Origin: an archaeon
Lineage (GTDB): Archaea; Micrarchaeota; Micrarchaeia; Anstonellales; Anstonellaceae
Direction of reading: 5' to 3'
Assembly (NCBI GenBank): GCA_020056635.1
Contig: JAGVHI010000024.1
Location: 2,317-66,316 of the forward strand
DNA: 64,000 nt
Shown here: positions 52,996-62,623 of the stretch, piece after piece
Layout: each line of letters begins with the position of its first letter
Numbering within the stretch: position 1 is the stretch's first letter
Program-made: the position numbers and the translations under genes
Notes under the pieces: model-generated
Database searches by the model: none
What the model saw: only the letters and a program-made list of their open reading frames with translations
What the model was told of the DNA's origin: nothing

Positions 52996-53463
52996 CTATT
53001 CCCCAAGGCCGGAAACGAATATTTCTTTTGAGTTGTTTGCATCTAGCGCGAGCGGGATGTCAAGCTTCACTGAAAGGGTCCAGATGTGTATCTTGTTGTC
53101 GTGCCCGAATTCGCGGCTTGTAGGAGGCGCGTCTTCCGGAAGCTGGAACTGAACTTGATACTCCCCTGATTGGAACGTGCCTTCGCCTGCGACCTGCTTT
53201 TCCTGCCTGTAGCGCTCGCGAGAGCGCTCCTGAACCTCGGTTCGGAGTTCGGTTGTGCGCGGCACCCCAAGCTCGTGCTCTCGAGCAAAATCGTACTGGT
53301 CTATTACTTTTGTGACCTTTTCGCGCGAGCGCTCGCTGCAAACTAGGGTTGCGAATATTCCCCGAGCCTTGGTTGGTTTGGGAAGCGAGAGGGAGATTTT
53401 TGCGATTATTGTGCTCCCTGGGGAGTAGGAATCGCAATCGGGGGTTAGTTCTATCATAAGCAT
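52996..53463 (-). CDS. Arrestin-N/Spo0M-like beta-sandwich protein
   Basis: From ATG 53463: YSPGSTIIAKISLSL..PTKARGIFATLVCSE... fits the arrestin/Spo0M strand pattern. The longer tracked ORF overlaps the neighbouring gene's start. Confidence 0.4.
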   Translation of the reverse strand: MLMIELTPDCDSYSPGSTIIAKISLSLPKPTKARGIFATLVCSERSREKVTKVIDQYDFAREHELGVPRTTELRTEVQERSRERYRQEKQVAGEGTFQSGEYQVQFQLPEDAPPTSREFGHDNKIHIWTLSVKLDIPLALDANNSKEIFVSGLGE

Positions 53464-53533
53464 CAGTTGAGAGAAGATAGAAAAAGGGGAATATTTAAAT
53501 ATAAAGTGGGAGAAAATATATTCAGGTGTCTTA

Positions 53534-55234
53534 TTGGAATTGAAACATGCCAGCCCTAATGCACGGCCTCCAAAAATTGCGAGGTGGGCGAGGAATACTG
53601 CAATTGTGATTGCAACTGTAGCGGTGCTTGCGTTTGGGGGAAGGGCGCTTGCGAACGAGCCAAATATGGCGAGCCAGCAGGGCGATGGGAAAGCTAATTC
53701 CGGGGAAGTGCACAAGGCGCAGGATAAGAAAGCGACTGTCTCTGAATGGCGCACGAAGGGCGTGGTTGACAATTCAACAGTATCTGGCATCTGCATACAG
53801 GCAGTTGCGCAAAGGCTTGGGATGGGCGCACAGGAGGCGCTAGGGGCGCTTTATGGGAGCCCGCAGACAAGGAAAGCGATGGAGCGGATGGTTGCGGGAG
53901 TGATGGGGGATAATGGAGTAAAGAATGCAAAAAAGCTTCGGGTCGGGGCTGAAATAACTGTTTCTGGGGAAAGGGTAGATACTGCTGTTTCACAAATTAG
54001 GGCTGCGCTTGGAACGCAGGGAAGCGGGGCTGGAACGAGCGTTACATTCACAATGCCCGCAGGAGCTGATTCGTGCCTTGATGGAGGGCAGTTGGTTGTA
54101 CCGATTACTCCTAAACAAGCTCCAGACACTTCTAATGCTGCACATGCCAAGCCAGAGGTGGCAAAGCGTGATACACAGCCTGCACAAGCAAGCCAGCCGG
54201 AAATTGTGCAGCCTTCAGGCAATTCTGTCCGCGGATGGGGCTTTAGGCTTGATGGGAATATGAAAATGCTTCTTGGGATTATTGGGCTGGGAGCGCTTTG
54301 GGGCTGGCTTGAGCTTAGGGCAAAGCATTATGGGGAGCTGGGAGATGCCATGAGCATCGGGCCTTACATCCTAAGCTCTGACAGAAGGTCGGCTGAATCT
54401 GAATTCGAGCGAAACCATCAGACAGATGAGGGAAGGCTTAGGCAAATGGGCATTAATTTTATAAGGAGCAATTTTGTGGAGAGGAACTGGCCTGAATTCA
54501 CGCTTGGTGGAAATGGAAAGGACAGCAACAGCGTGATACTTGAGCATGTGAGCAATGTGGGTGATAAGGAACTGTATTTCCTCATGTCAAAGCTGGCCAG
54601 GAACATGTTTGAGGGCGGGAAGGTCACGTATTATGATTTAGCTTATGCACTTCAGGAAAAGGCAAAAGGGCTTGCAGGCACAAGCGAAATGGGAAAGAAG
54701 ATTGACAAACTTGTTGAAGAGAAGCTAGTGAGCATGAATGGGAAAGTTGAGAAGATAGAGGAAGCAGTGCTTGCTGCTGAGAGGGAAGTGCTAAAGGGGC
54801 TGATTGAGGAGAGGCTTAGGAATATTGAGCGGAACGGGCCTGATCCTGATGGGAGCGGCGGCCGCAGTACAAGTGCAGTTGAGCTTGGAGTGGAGAATAG
54901 AACGGGCATTTTGACAGAGGCAGTTGTTGGCGATGGGAGCGGAGCGAGCGGGCTTTTGCTTGACAGGTTCAGCATAGGAGGAATACCCAAAGCCAGGATG
55001 CAGGAGTTCAAGGACCTGATTGGAGCTGCATCAGAGCTTCGAACCGAGGCGAAAAGAGGGGACAAGAAAGTCGTTTATGAAATGGTCCGCGAGGAAGTGC
55101 TTGCGAAGTTTGGAATGAGGATTTCAGATGCGACTATTTTGAAATATGCGAGAAAGTTCGGGCAGAAGCCGGTTGAGAGCAAGGTGCAGATAGTGGAGTT
55201 TGCACCAGAGAATGAGCTTCCGCTTGCAGCTTGA
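53534..55234 (+). CDS. Large hypothetical membrane-anchored protein
   Basis: 566 aa with an N-terminal TM helix, a second TM near residue 245 and a helical C-terminal half. Only a TTG start lies upstream of the first TM. Confidence 0.45.
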   Translation: MELKHASPNARPPKIARWARNTAIVIATVAVLAFGGRALANEPNMASQQGDGKANSGEVHKAQDKKATVSEWRTKGVVDNSTVSGICIQAVAQRLGMGAQEALGALYGSPQTRKAMERMVAGVMGDNGVKNAKKLRVGAEITVSGERVDTAVSQIRAALGTQGSGAGTSVTFTMPAGADSCLDGGQLVVPITPKQAPDTSNAAHAKPEVAKRDTQPAQASQPEIVQPSGNSVRGWGFRLDGNMKMLLGIIGLGALWGWLELRAKHYGELGDAMSIGPYILSSDRRSAESEFERNHQTDEGRLRQMGINFIRSNFVERNWPEFTLGGNGKDSNSVILEHVSNVGDKELYFLMSKLARNMFEGGKVTYYDLAYALQEKAKGLAGTSEMGKKIDKLVEEKLVSMNGKVEKIEEAVLAAEREVLKGLIEERLRNIERNGPDPDGSGGRSTSAVELGVENRTGILTEAVVGDGSGASGLLLDRFSIGGIPKARMQEFKDLIGAASELRTEAKRGDKKVVYEMVREEVLAKFGMRISDATILKYARKFGQKPVESKVQIVEFAPENELPLAA

Positions 55235-55237
55235 GCA

Positions 55238-55555
55238 CTATTTTTTTTCCGGAGCAGGAGAAACCGATTCCTGAGCTTGGATTGTTGGCGAGAGCGCAAG
55301 CATCCCGAACCAGACTGCATAAATCACCACAGTGATAACAAGCCCGAGCAATATATCGTGCGCAATGTTTGGGCCGATTAGGGTGAGCTGCCCGTTCCAC
55401 CAGTGGTCAACGATGCCGAATATGGCACCGCCGCCAAGCAGGAGGGAAAGCTGGTGCCCGGGAATGTCCTTTTTCTTCCCGAAGAAGCGGTGCGCGAGGA
55501 TCATTGCAGCTGCGCTGGTTGGAATGACATAGCATACCATTCTGATCACCTGCAA
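55238..55555 (-). CDS. Small membrane protein (unknown)
   Basis: 105 aa with 3 hydrophobic helices. TTG start, or ATG at 55540. Confidence 0.4.
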   Translation of the reverse strand: MQVIRMVCYVIPTSAAAMILAHRFFGKKKDIPGHQLSLLLGGGAIFGIVDHWWNGQLTLIGPNIAHDILLGLVITVVIYAVWFGMLALSPTIQAQESVSPAPEKK

Positions 55556-55570
55556 GTAGCAGCCTGTTGG

Positions 55571-56311
55571 CTATTTTAAGCGTTTGCCCAGTGTGTTTGC
55601 GGCTAAAAGATTGAGCTTGGTGTACTTTTCCAGGGATTTGGCTTGCATGCGTGTTAGCTTCATGGTTGCTATGCCCCAGTGGGTTGCAAGCAAATCGCCT
55701 TTTTTGGGGCTGGAAATGAGTTGTATGCCTGCGCAGGAGAGCTTTACTTTGCGGAGCGAGGGGATGAGAATGAGCGTTCCTGCCTTGCGAACTAGCGTTT
55801 GGCTTTTGAGGAGAGCAGATTGCCCGTTCGCGCTAACTACTTTGCCCCAGGAAGGGCGGCAGGAGTCTGCAACCGGAAGCGAGCGGCGGACCACCCCGGT
55901 GATCGAGCCTATGAAAAGAGGGTGGAATGAGTGGTGCGGGAGTGCACGCGCTGGAATGAGGGAGGCGATTGCACGCGCTTTTTTTGGAGCGAGGAGGGAA
56001 GGGCCGTTGAAATCCTGCGCGATTAGTTTTTGCAAATCCCTATTGCGCACCTTATCCAGCAATTTGTTCCCGAGCCAGAGTGCCTCGGAAACCCCAGGCG
56101 AGAAGGGGGAGAGATTATTTGCGCGTGCGATGAGCGAAAGGTAGGAGTAGTGAGCTTTGAATTTTTTCAATTCTGATTCAAGCAATTTGCGGGAAGAAGG
56201 GGAGCGGGCCCAGAGGAATGCGGAGAGGGCTTTTGCGAAAGTGCGCTTGCCGCAGTATCGCCTTGAATTGGGGGGAAGCGCAAACCGTGCAGAAAGCTCA
56301 AGCGGGTCCAT
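55571..56311 (-). CDS. Hypothetical protein
   Basis: 246-aa ATG ORF. No motif recognised. Lies between a DMT transporter and small membrane proteins, close to the hydrogenase genes. Confidence 0.45.
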   Translation of the reverse strand: MDPLELSARFALPPNSRRYCGKRTFAKALSAFLWARSPSSRKLLESELKKFKAHYSYLSLIARANNLSPFSPGVSEALWLGNKLLDKVRNRDLQKLIAQDFNGPSLLAPKKARAIASLIPARALPHHSFHPLFIGSITGVVRRSLPVADSCRPSWGKVVSANGQSALLKSQTLVRKAGTLILIPSLRKVKLSCAGIQLISSPKKGDLLATHWGIATMKLTRMQAKSLEKYTKLNLLAANTLGKRLK

Positions 56312-56314
56312 CTT

Positions 56315-57262
56315 TTAGCCACTCTGGAACCGGAGCCTAAGCCAGCGGAATGCAAGTAGGGATTGGGTGAAGCCTACTGTGAAAATCACCCCTGCTGCAA
56401 CCAGGAAAAAGCCTGCGGCCGTTTGCAGTGCGAGGGGCTTTCCTGCAAGCGCAAATGAGAGGAGCGCGCTTATCGGGCCCCCTAGTGTGAGAATTGCAGC
56501 GCATGAAATTAGGGGCGCGTTCTTGAGAGAGGAGTACCAAAGCGTCACGAATAGGGTGAGCAGCCCGACTGTTACTGCAACCCAGCCAAGGGAAGCGGGA
56601 GTGAGCGAGAGGAGAGCTCCGGCGTTCCCCTGCAATGCGAGTATGCAAAGTATTGTTATGGCGCCAATGCCCATGCGCGCGGAAGCGACCGTGGTTGGGG
56701 AAAGGGAGGCAAGTGCGAGCTTGGAGATTGCGTATTCAAGGGCCCAGAGCGCGGAAGCTGCAAGCACAAGCAGAACACCTTCGGAAAGGGAAAGCTGAAA
56801 GTTCCCGAGCAATAGGAAATTGCCTGCGAGCACTGCTAGTGCGCCTGCTGCGATTTTCCAATTGAGGCGCTCCTTGAGCAGCAGCATTGCTGTGCCTATT
56901 GAGAAAATGAATACAAATCGGTAGAGGAATGAGGAAACGGCGCCCGATAGGAGCAAGAGGCCCTGGAAATAGAGCACGAACGCTATGCCTCCGCCGATTA
57001 TTCCGGAAAGCAGGAGCAGGATTGCCTGCTTGCGGTTCAGCGAAAGGAACTCTTTGTGGCTTTTGAGCGCAAAACCAATTGATACGAGAATTGCGGCTAC
57101 AAGAACATTTTTTAGGAATGTATAGGCGGTTGGGTCCATTGCGAGGACGCCGAAGCTGTTTGCGAATACAGATATGCCGCTTACAAGTGCAGTGAGGTAG
57201 GCAAGAGCGATTCCTTTGTGGGATTCCATGAGCCAAGATTCATGGGCTATGAATATAAACAT
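56315..57262 (-). CDS. EamA/DMT-family transporter
   Basis: 10 TM helices arranged as two EamA-like repeats. Confidence 0.7.
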   Translation of the reverse strand: MFIFIAHESWLMESHKGIALAYLTALVSGISVFANSFGVLAMDPTAYTFLKNVLVAAILVSIGFALKSHKEFLSLNRKQAILLLLSGIIGGGIAFVLYFQGLLLLSGAVSSFLYRFVFIFSIGTAMLLLKERLNWKIAAGALAVLAGNFLLLGNFQLSLSEGVLLVLAASALWALEYAISKLALASLSPTTVASARMGIGAITILCILALQGNAGALLSLTPASLGWVAVTVGLLTLFVTLWYSSLKNAPLISCAAILTLGGPISALLSFALAGKPLALQTAAGFFLVAAGVIFTVGFTQSLLAFRWLRLRFQSG

Positions 57263-57282
57263 TTCAATCGCATGCTAATTCA

Positions 57283-57759
57283 ATGGGGAAGAAACTGAAA
57301 GTTGCATGGGTGACTTTTGCGTGCTGCGAGGACAGCTCGATACTTTTTGTGGAATTGCTAAATGACCATTTTTTTGAGTGGAACGAGAAAATCGAGTTTC
57401 GGGTCTGCCGGATGCTGAAAAAAGCGGCACTGTTTGAGGATATTGATGTGGCGTTCATTGAGGGGGCTATCGCGCTGAAGGAGGATGAGGAGAAGCTTAG
57501 GCACCTGCGGGAAGTGTCAAAAAAAGTGGTTGCGGTAGGCTCGTGCGCCTGCACCGGGATGCCGTCTGCCCAGAGGAATTATTTTGACGAGAAAACAAAG
57601 GGCGAAATCGAGATGGTCATTAACAGGTTCGGGCACATGGAAAAGGTGGTCCCGTTAAAGAGCCTGGTGAAGGTGGATTATGAGGTGCCGGGCTGCCCGA
57701 TGGATGAAAAGGTTTTCCTTGAAGTGCTGCAGAAGTGCTTTTCGGAGTTTGGGGTGTAG
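57283..57759 (+). CDS. [NiFe]-hydrogenase small subunit (minimal, proximal-cluster only)
   Basis: Cys ligand pattern FACCED, GSCACTGMP and PGCP, as in group 3/4 small subunits and NuoB-like proteins. Only 158 aa. Confidence 0.8.
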   Translation: MGKKLKVAWVTFACCEDSSILFVELLNDHFFEWNEKIEFRVCRMLKKAALFEDIDVAFIEGAIALKEDEEKLRHLREVSKKVVAVGSCACTGMPSAQRNYFDEKTKGEIEMVINRFGHMEKVVPLKSLVKVDYEVPGCPMDEKVFLEVLQKCFSEFGV

Positions 57760-57761
57760 CG

Positions 57762-59087
57762 ATGCATGACGTTCCGGACATTGATATCAACATAAACAAT
57801 TTGAGCAAAATTGAGGGGCATGCAAACCTCGAGGTGAACGTGAGGAGGGGAAAGGTCGATGCGGTCAAGCTCAAAATTTCGGAGGCAAAGAGGTTTTTTA
57901 CCCAGAGTGTCCGCGGGAAGCCGGCATTAAGCGTGCCGCAGCTCGTATCAAGAATTTGCGGAACGTGCAGCATCGCGCATTTAACCTGCTGCATAGAGGC
58001 GGTTGAGGATGCAATGGGCATTAAGCCAAGCGAGCAAACCGTTGAGCTGCGGCACCTTACAATGGATGCCCTGATGATTCGCGACCATGCGATGCACTTG
58101 TATATTTTCTGCCTGCCCGATATTTTCGGCGTGGACAGCGTGCTTGAGCTTGCGAAGAAGGAGAGGGGGCTGCTTGAGGATGCATTGCTTGTGAAGAAAG
58201 CCGGGAATGAGCTGGGGAAATTGGTTGCTGGAAGGTCGGTGCACGCACCTTTCCCCGCGGTAGGGGGGTTTACCAAAGTCCCGAGCAATGAAGGAGCAAA
58301 GGAGCTTTTGCACGAGCTTGAGCACGCGCGGGAGCATGCCATAGGATTTGTGGACTTGTTCCATGACAATATGCAGGAATTTGAGCGGGAAACGCATTTC
58401 ATCGCGCTCAAGAATGAGAAATATGATTTCCTTGGTGGCGAAATTTGCTCTTCGGAGGGGTACTGCATCACGAGAGGGAATTTCCGCAACCACCTGACAA
58501 GCGTGGTTATGCCCTATTCGCAGTCCACTGGGTTTGAGTTTGCTGGAAAGGAGTATATGGTGGGGGCGCTTGCAAGGATGAATTTGAATAAAGAAGCGCT
58601 GCACCCGAACACCAAGAGGGATTGCGCCGGGTGCATTGGGCTGTTCCCCTCGCACAATGTGATGATGAACAACCTGGCGCAGGCAATTGAGATCGTGCAC
58701 TGCATGGACAGGGCGATGGACAGGCTGGAGGGCGCGGAGTTCAAGCCTGAGAAATACACCGTGCCGCCAGTAAAAGCTGGGAAGGGGATTGGGGTGATTG
58801 AGGCGCCCAGGGGAACATTGTATTATGATTTGGAGACTGATGAAAAAGGTCTGATAAAATACATCAATTTGGTGATTCCGACAGCGCAGAACCATGTGAA
58901 CATTGAGCGGGATATTGCAGTGCTGGTGGAAAGAGAGCTTGAGCAGATGGACAAGGATGAGATTTCGATGGAAATTGAGAAGCTCATCCGCGCTTACGAC
59001 CCTTGCATGAGCTGCGCGACGCACTTTTTGAAGGTAAAATGGAAAGGAGAAGCGCCAGCGCGCCCTTCTCGCAAGAGGAAGCGGTAG
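57762..59087 (+). CDS. [NiFe]-hydrogenase large subunit
   Basis: N-terminal RICGTCSIAH and C-terminal DPCMSCATH Ni-binding motifs. A 20-aa extension after the His is consistent with proteolytic maturation. Confidence 0.9.
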   Translation: MHDVPDIDININNLSKIEGHANLEVNVRRGKVDAVKLKISEAKRFFTQSVRGKPALSVPQLVSRICGTCSIAHLTCCIEAVEDAMGIKPSEQTVELRHLTMDALMIRDHAMHLYIFCLPDIFGVDSVLELAKKERGLLEDALLVKKAGNELGKLVAGRSVHAPFPAVGGFTKVPSNEGAKELLHELEHAREHAIGFVDLFHDNMQEFERETHFIALKNEKYDFLGGEICSSEGYCITRGNFRNHLTSVVMPYSQSTGFEFAGKEYMVGALARMNLNKEALHPNTKRDCAGCIGLFPSHNVMMNNLAQAIEIVHCMDRAMDRLEGAEFKPEKYTVPPVKAGKGIGVIEAPRGTLYYDLETDEKGLIKYINLVIPTAQNHVNIERDIAVLVERELEQMDKDEISMEIEKLIRAYDPCMSCATHFLKVKWKGEAPARPSRKRKR

Positions 59088-59406
59088 AGCCATAGGGAAG
59101 CGCGATTATTTTCGCATCGCGTATTTTGCCAAGCTTCGCTAAGAGCGTGAGGTTCCAGGCAAGGTCGAAATCGTGCAAAGAGTATGATTTTTGGAGCTCA
59201 AGGTCCGAGAGGTGCAGCATTGCGGGTGCCTTGATTCCCTTTGCTGCATCAAGAATCACAAGCTCTTCCCCCTGCTCCTCCAAATCCTCCGCAGTGTCAA
59301 AAGGGACGAATTGGAATTCCGGAAGCTTCTTTGCGAGTTTTTTTGCAACTTTGAGCGCAAGCGAGTCGCCTGCATGCAACGGGTTGCCGAAAACTAGCAC
59401 GCGCAT
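58984..59406 (-). CDS. Hydrogenase maturation endopeptidase
   Basis: VFGNPLHAGDSLA, ILDA and SLHDFD fit the GN..xxD / D / H metal-ligand pattern of HycI/HoxW-type proteases. The 3' end overlaps the large-subunit gene by 104 nt. Confidence 0.65.
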   Translation of the reverse strand: MRVLVFGNPLHAGDSLALKVAKKLAKKLPEFQFVPFDTAEDLEEQGEELVILDAAKGIKAPAMLHLSDLELQKSYSLHDFDLAWNLTLLAKLGKIRDAKIIALPYGSTASSCEKGALALLLSILPSKSASRSSCKGRKRG

Positions 59407-59459
59407 GAGAGGATTTCTTTAGTGGAATCTATTTAAAGGTTGGATTGGGAGATAGGCGC

Positions 59460-60098
59460 ATGGCAGAAGAGCAGAAGAGGCCTGCAAACGTCCCGTCCAG
59501 CCTGTATGGGAAAGGGGGGGTTAAGGGCACCCCTGCGCGCGAGTATGTTGAAAAGAACGCGAGGCCGTTTTTCCCGATTGGTGGGGAGCTGATTGAAGCG
59601 CAGAAGAGCGAGAGCAAGCTGCCCCTGCTCATTTCAGTACTAGCGCTCCTTGTTGCGGTGATGGCATTGATGGTTTCAATGCAGGGGACGGGGGGAATTG
59701 GAAAAGCCCAATTGTCAGCCATTGCAACGGATTTGGAAAAGATGCAGGGCAAGCAGATGGAAGTGGGTGCGCCAGTCGCATCTACGGTATTCATAGATAA
59801 GGAAATTCCGCTATCGGAAGTGATACCGGATTTTACTGTGCCGGTGGATATTGTGGTGCCGATTCAGGGAACGTATAATGGAATAACGCCAACTGGGACA
59901 ATTAGGGTTACGCTGAATGAAAGCGTCCCGATGAGGCTTAATATACCTGTCAAAAGCAGCCTGTTTGCTACAAAAAATATCCGCATAAATAAGGAGATTC
60001 CGGTAAATGTGTATGCGAGCGCGAGATTCACTGTGCGCGAGCTGTATGGAAAGGAGTTCCAGGACATAATTGACAGGATTAGGAACGCCTCGAAATAG
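59460..60098 (+). CDS. Hypothetical membrane-anchored protein
   Basis: A single TM (LPLLISVLALLVAVMALMV) followed by a beta-rich domain. ATG at 59460. Confidence 0.45.
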   Translation: MAEEQKRPANVPSSLYGKGGVKGTPAREYVEKNARPFFPIGGELIEAQKSESKLPLLISVLALLVAVMALMVSMQGTGGIGKAQLSAIATDLEKMQGKQMEVGAPVASTVFIDKEIPLSEVIPDFTVPVDIVVPIQGTYNGITPTGTIRVTLNESVPMRLNIPVKSSLFATKNIRINKEIPVNVYASARFTVRELYGKEFQDIIDRIRNASK

Positions 60099-60720
60099 CG
60101 CCTGAGAGCTTTGCAATCCCCCTGCTCCCATCGAATTTCTTTTCCATTCCGGTTATTTCTATTTTAGATTTGAAGAATGGGGCGTTTGATACGAAAGTTT
60201 CGCCCTCGCCCCCTTCGAAAAATGGGTTTAGCCCAAGGGATTGCAGCTTCTGGACAAATTCCGAATCGAATTTTTTCCCTAAATGCTCCTCGCCCAATCC
60301 TTGCGCTGCAACCGTAGTGATATGGATTTCAAAAAATTCGGTCAGCTCCTGCAAAAGGGCATCGCCCTTGTGCCATAGAGGCGAGATGGTTGGAATTTTG
60401 AGGTTGTAGCCTATTTGGTCTATGCGCTGCTTTTGGTACTCGCTTGCGATTGCGCCGGTGATGATTGCATCGGGCTTGAGAGTTGCAAGCTCGCGCTCAA
60501 GCACTTTGAGCTCTGTTTCATTTGTGACGTTCACCTGCCTGTGCATCAATCCGAGCGCCTGCGCCTGTAAAGAGGTGAGTTCCACGTTCGGGCGGTGGAA
60601 CATCATCGAATCGTCCTGAGGGACAAGAGTGAGCAGCGATACATCCCAGCCCTGGAACAGGGAGAAAAATGTGGCAAAAACCGAATCCTTCCCGCCTGAA
60701 AAAAGTACAATGACGCGCAT
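60079..60720 (-). CDS. Diphthine-ammonia ligase (Dph6-like PP-loop ATPase)
   Basis: MRVIVLFSGGKDS PP-loop. Length and layout match the MJ0570-type ATP-binding domain. Confidence 0.7.
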   Translation of the reverse strand: MRVIVLFSGGKDSVFATFFSLFQGWDVSLLTLVPQDDSMMFHRPNVELTSLQAQALGLMHRQVNVTNETELKVLERELATLKPDAIITGAIASEYQKQRIDQIGYNLKIPTISPLWHKGDALLQELTEFFEIHITTVAAQGLGEEHLGKKFDSEFVQKLQSLGLNPFFEGGEGETFVSNAPFFKSKIEITGMEKKFDGSRGIAKLSGAISRRS

Positions 60721-60768
60721 GCTATCATTCCTTTGTAACCATGGTTACATCAGCATATTAAAATAAAA

Positions 60769-60975
60769 TGGACTGGATGGGATTTCTGGGTGGCTAAAAC
60801 TCTGAGATAAGAAATATTTCTGGGTGAAAAAACCTGAGCGCGTGGCGCTCGGATATTTTTCATGCTCCCGGTTCTTTTCTTTCCCAGGGCTTTCTTTTCG
60901 CGGAGCGAAAAGAAAGGCCTGAACCCATGGCCTCTTCGTTGCGAACGAAGCGATCTACCGCTGATCTACCAGCCC
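60769..60975 (-). tRNA. tRNA-Ala (anticodon CGC) with 135-nt T-loop intron
   Basis: Acceptor GGGCTGG/CCAGTCC with G3:U70, discriminator A. D arm GATC-AGCGGTA-GATC. Anticodon arm CTTCG-TTCGCAA-CGAAG. T stem ATGGG/CCCAT with T loop TTCA|60785-60919|AAT. Confidence 0.8.
60785..60919 (-). repeat. tRNA-associated structured element, copy E3 (T-loop intron of tRNA-Ala)
   Basis: GGCCTTTCTTTTCGCTCCGCGAAAAGAAAGCC hairpin, GGGAAAGAAAAGAACC tract, and TGAAAAATATCCGAGCGCCACGCGCTCAGGTTTTTTCA hairpin. Confidence 0.7.
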
Positions 60976-61002
60976 AATAGAGGTAATTCTGCCTCCGAAG
61001 AC

Positions 61003-61010
61003 TTTTAAAT
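61003..61010. promoter_or_regulatory. Shared AT-box between divergent tRNA-Ala and Cys-rich paralog 2
   Basis: TTTTAAAT lies 28-35 nt upstream of the tRNA-Ala 5' end (minus) and 21 nt upstream of ATG 61031 (plus). Confidence 0.4.
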
Positions 61011-61030
61011 CGGTGTGGAGTTGTTATACC

Positions 61031-62623
61031 ATGGGAGGAGGAGTGGAGGAAACCCTTTCTGTGCTCGATAAGAGATGGAGGGGCGCTTGCAGGGTGCTGT
61101 TTAAGGAGGAGGTTGGCGGGCTTGCGGAATTCTCTTCTTACCTCTCTGAACTTCCTGAAAAAGTAACGCACCATCAATCGAACATTTCTGGAAAAGATGT
61201 TTCGTGCGCACCAACCGCATATGCAGAAGGTTCAAAATTTATTAGTTTCAATGAGGTTGATTTCAACAGGAAGTTCGAGTCATTGAACATAAATGAAATT
61301 AAGGATATTGATTCGATAGTCGAAGCGTTGGGCGAAAGGGCGGTTTATTCAGGCAATATAGTTTTCGGGAATTCCGGGCACGTTGAGAAAAGCTCGAACA
61401 TAAATGACAGCTTTTACCTTTATGAAGTTGCAAGGTGCGGGAATTCCAAATACATTGCTTACGGCTCGATATTCAGGTATAATGAAGATTGTTTTGGAAG
61501 CAATGTTATAGGGGAATCGGCGTTCTGCATCCGCTGTAACAGGGGTCTTAGGCTCAAGCGCTGCTTCGAGCTCTGGATGGTGCAGAATAGCTCTGATTGC
61601 TATTACTCATCTGGTCTGGATGGATGCAGCGAATGCATGTTTTGCTTCAATGTGAAAAATAAGAGGCATGCCATCGGGAATCTGGCGCTTGAAGCGGCAG
61701 AATACGAAAAAATCAAGAAAAAACTCCTTTCAGAGATGGCAGAAGGCCTTAGGAAGGGGAAAAAACTGCCCTCGCTTCTTGACTTGGTAAAGATGAGTAG
61801 AAAGGAAGAAATACCTGCAATACGGACCAGTTCGAAAATCTTGGAGAAACAAGACAAGGACAGGATTGAAGATGCTTTCTCGCAAACCGCATCTATACTG
61901 TTCGGCAACAGACTTACCGGAGGGATAGATGCTTATTCTGATTGGCTGAGTGGGCATACGAGGCCCATTGGAGAAGGCATTTCTGCGGCAAGCGGCAAAA
62001 GGATACTGATAGCACCATTCGCAAACTTCTCCAAACTTCCAGCAGATAGGATAATGACTGAAGAGGCGTGGGAGCTTGGAGGGAGAACTTCTTTAACAGA
62101 ATCTGAAGTTGGGGAATTGAGCATGAAAAACGCCCACGAGACGATCGGAAAGCTAGCATATTTCAATGTGGATTTGTTTGAAGGAAAAAATTCGAATATG
62201 ATAGACTGCACATATGCTGTCGATTCAGCGGATTGCTACAAAAATTCTAACTCGCTGTATTCCAAATATTGCGGCTATTGCTTCTGGCCCAGGAACAGCC
62301 AATACTTGTTTGGGTGCGATTCCCCATTCGATTCTGCATTCTCAATGCATGCGTATTCCTGTACCCAGCTTACGAGATGCTTTGAGGCAGACTGCTGCGG
62401 CTACTGCTCGGACCTGTATTTCGGGCACAATTGCGAGAACGTGCACGAGAGCATGTTCTGCTTCAATGTGAAGAACAGGAGATACCATATAGGGAATGCC
62501 GAAGTGGAACAGGGGAAATACAAGGAGCTGAAGGCATCGCTTCTAGGGCAGATTCATCAGGAGTTGCAGAAGAAAAAAGGGCTGAAGTGGGACATTTACA
62601 ACATCTGGAGCGCGAAAAAATGA
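61031..62623 (+). CDS. CxxC-rich, internally duplicated protein of unknown function (paralog 2)
   Basis: 530 aa, colinear with 47509-49095. Shared blocks include ISFNEVDFNRKFE, INEIKDIDSIVEA, CSECMFCFNVKNKRHAIGNLAL and HNCENVHESMFCFNVKN. Confidence 0.6.
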   Translation: MGGGVEETLSVLDKRWRGACRVLFKEEVGGLAEFSSYLSELPEKVTHHQSNISGKDVSCAPTAYAEGSKFISFNEVDFNRKFESLNINEIKDIDSIVEALGERAVYSGNIVFGNSGHVEKSSNINDSFYLYEVARCGNSKYIAYGSIFRYNEDCFGSNVIGESAFCIRCNRGLRLKRCFELWMVQNSSDCYYSSGLDGCSECMFCFNVKNKRHAIGNLALEAAEYEKIKKKLLSEMAEGLRKGKKLPSLLDLVKMSRKEEIPAIRTSSKILEKQDKDRIEDAFSQTASILFGNRLTGGIDAYSDWLSGHTRPIGEGISAASGKRILIAPFANFSKLPADRIMTEEAWELGGRTSLTESEVGELSMKNAHETIGKLAYFNVDLFEGKNSNMIDCTYAVDSADCYKNSNSLYSKYCGYCFWPRNSQYLFGCDSPFDSAFSMHAYSCTQLTRCFEADCCGYCSDLYFGHNCENVHESMFCFNVKNRRYHIGNAEVEQGKYKELKASLLGQIHQELQKKKGLKWDIYNIWSAKK

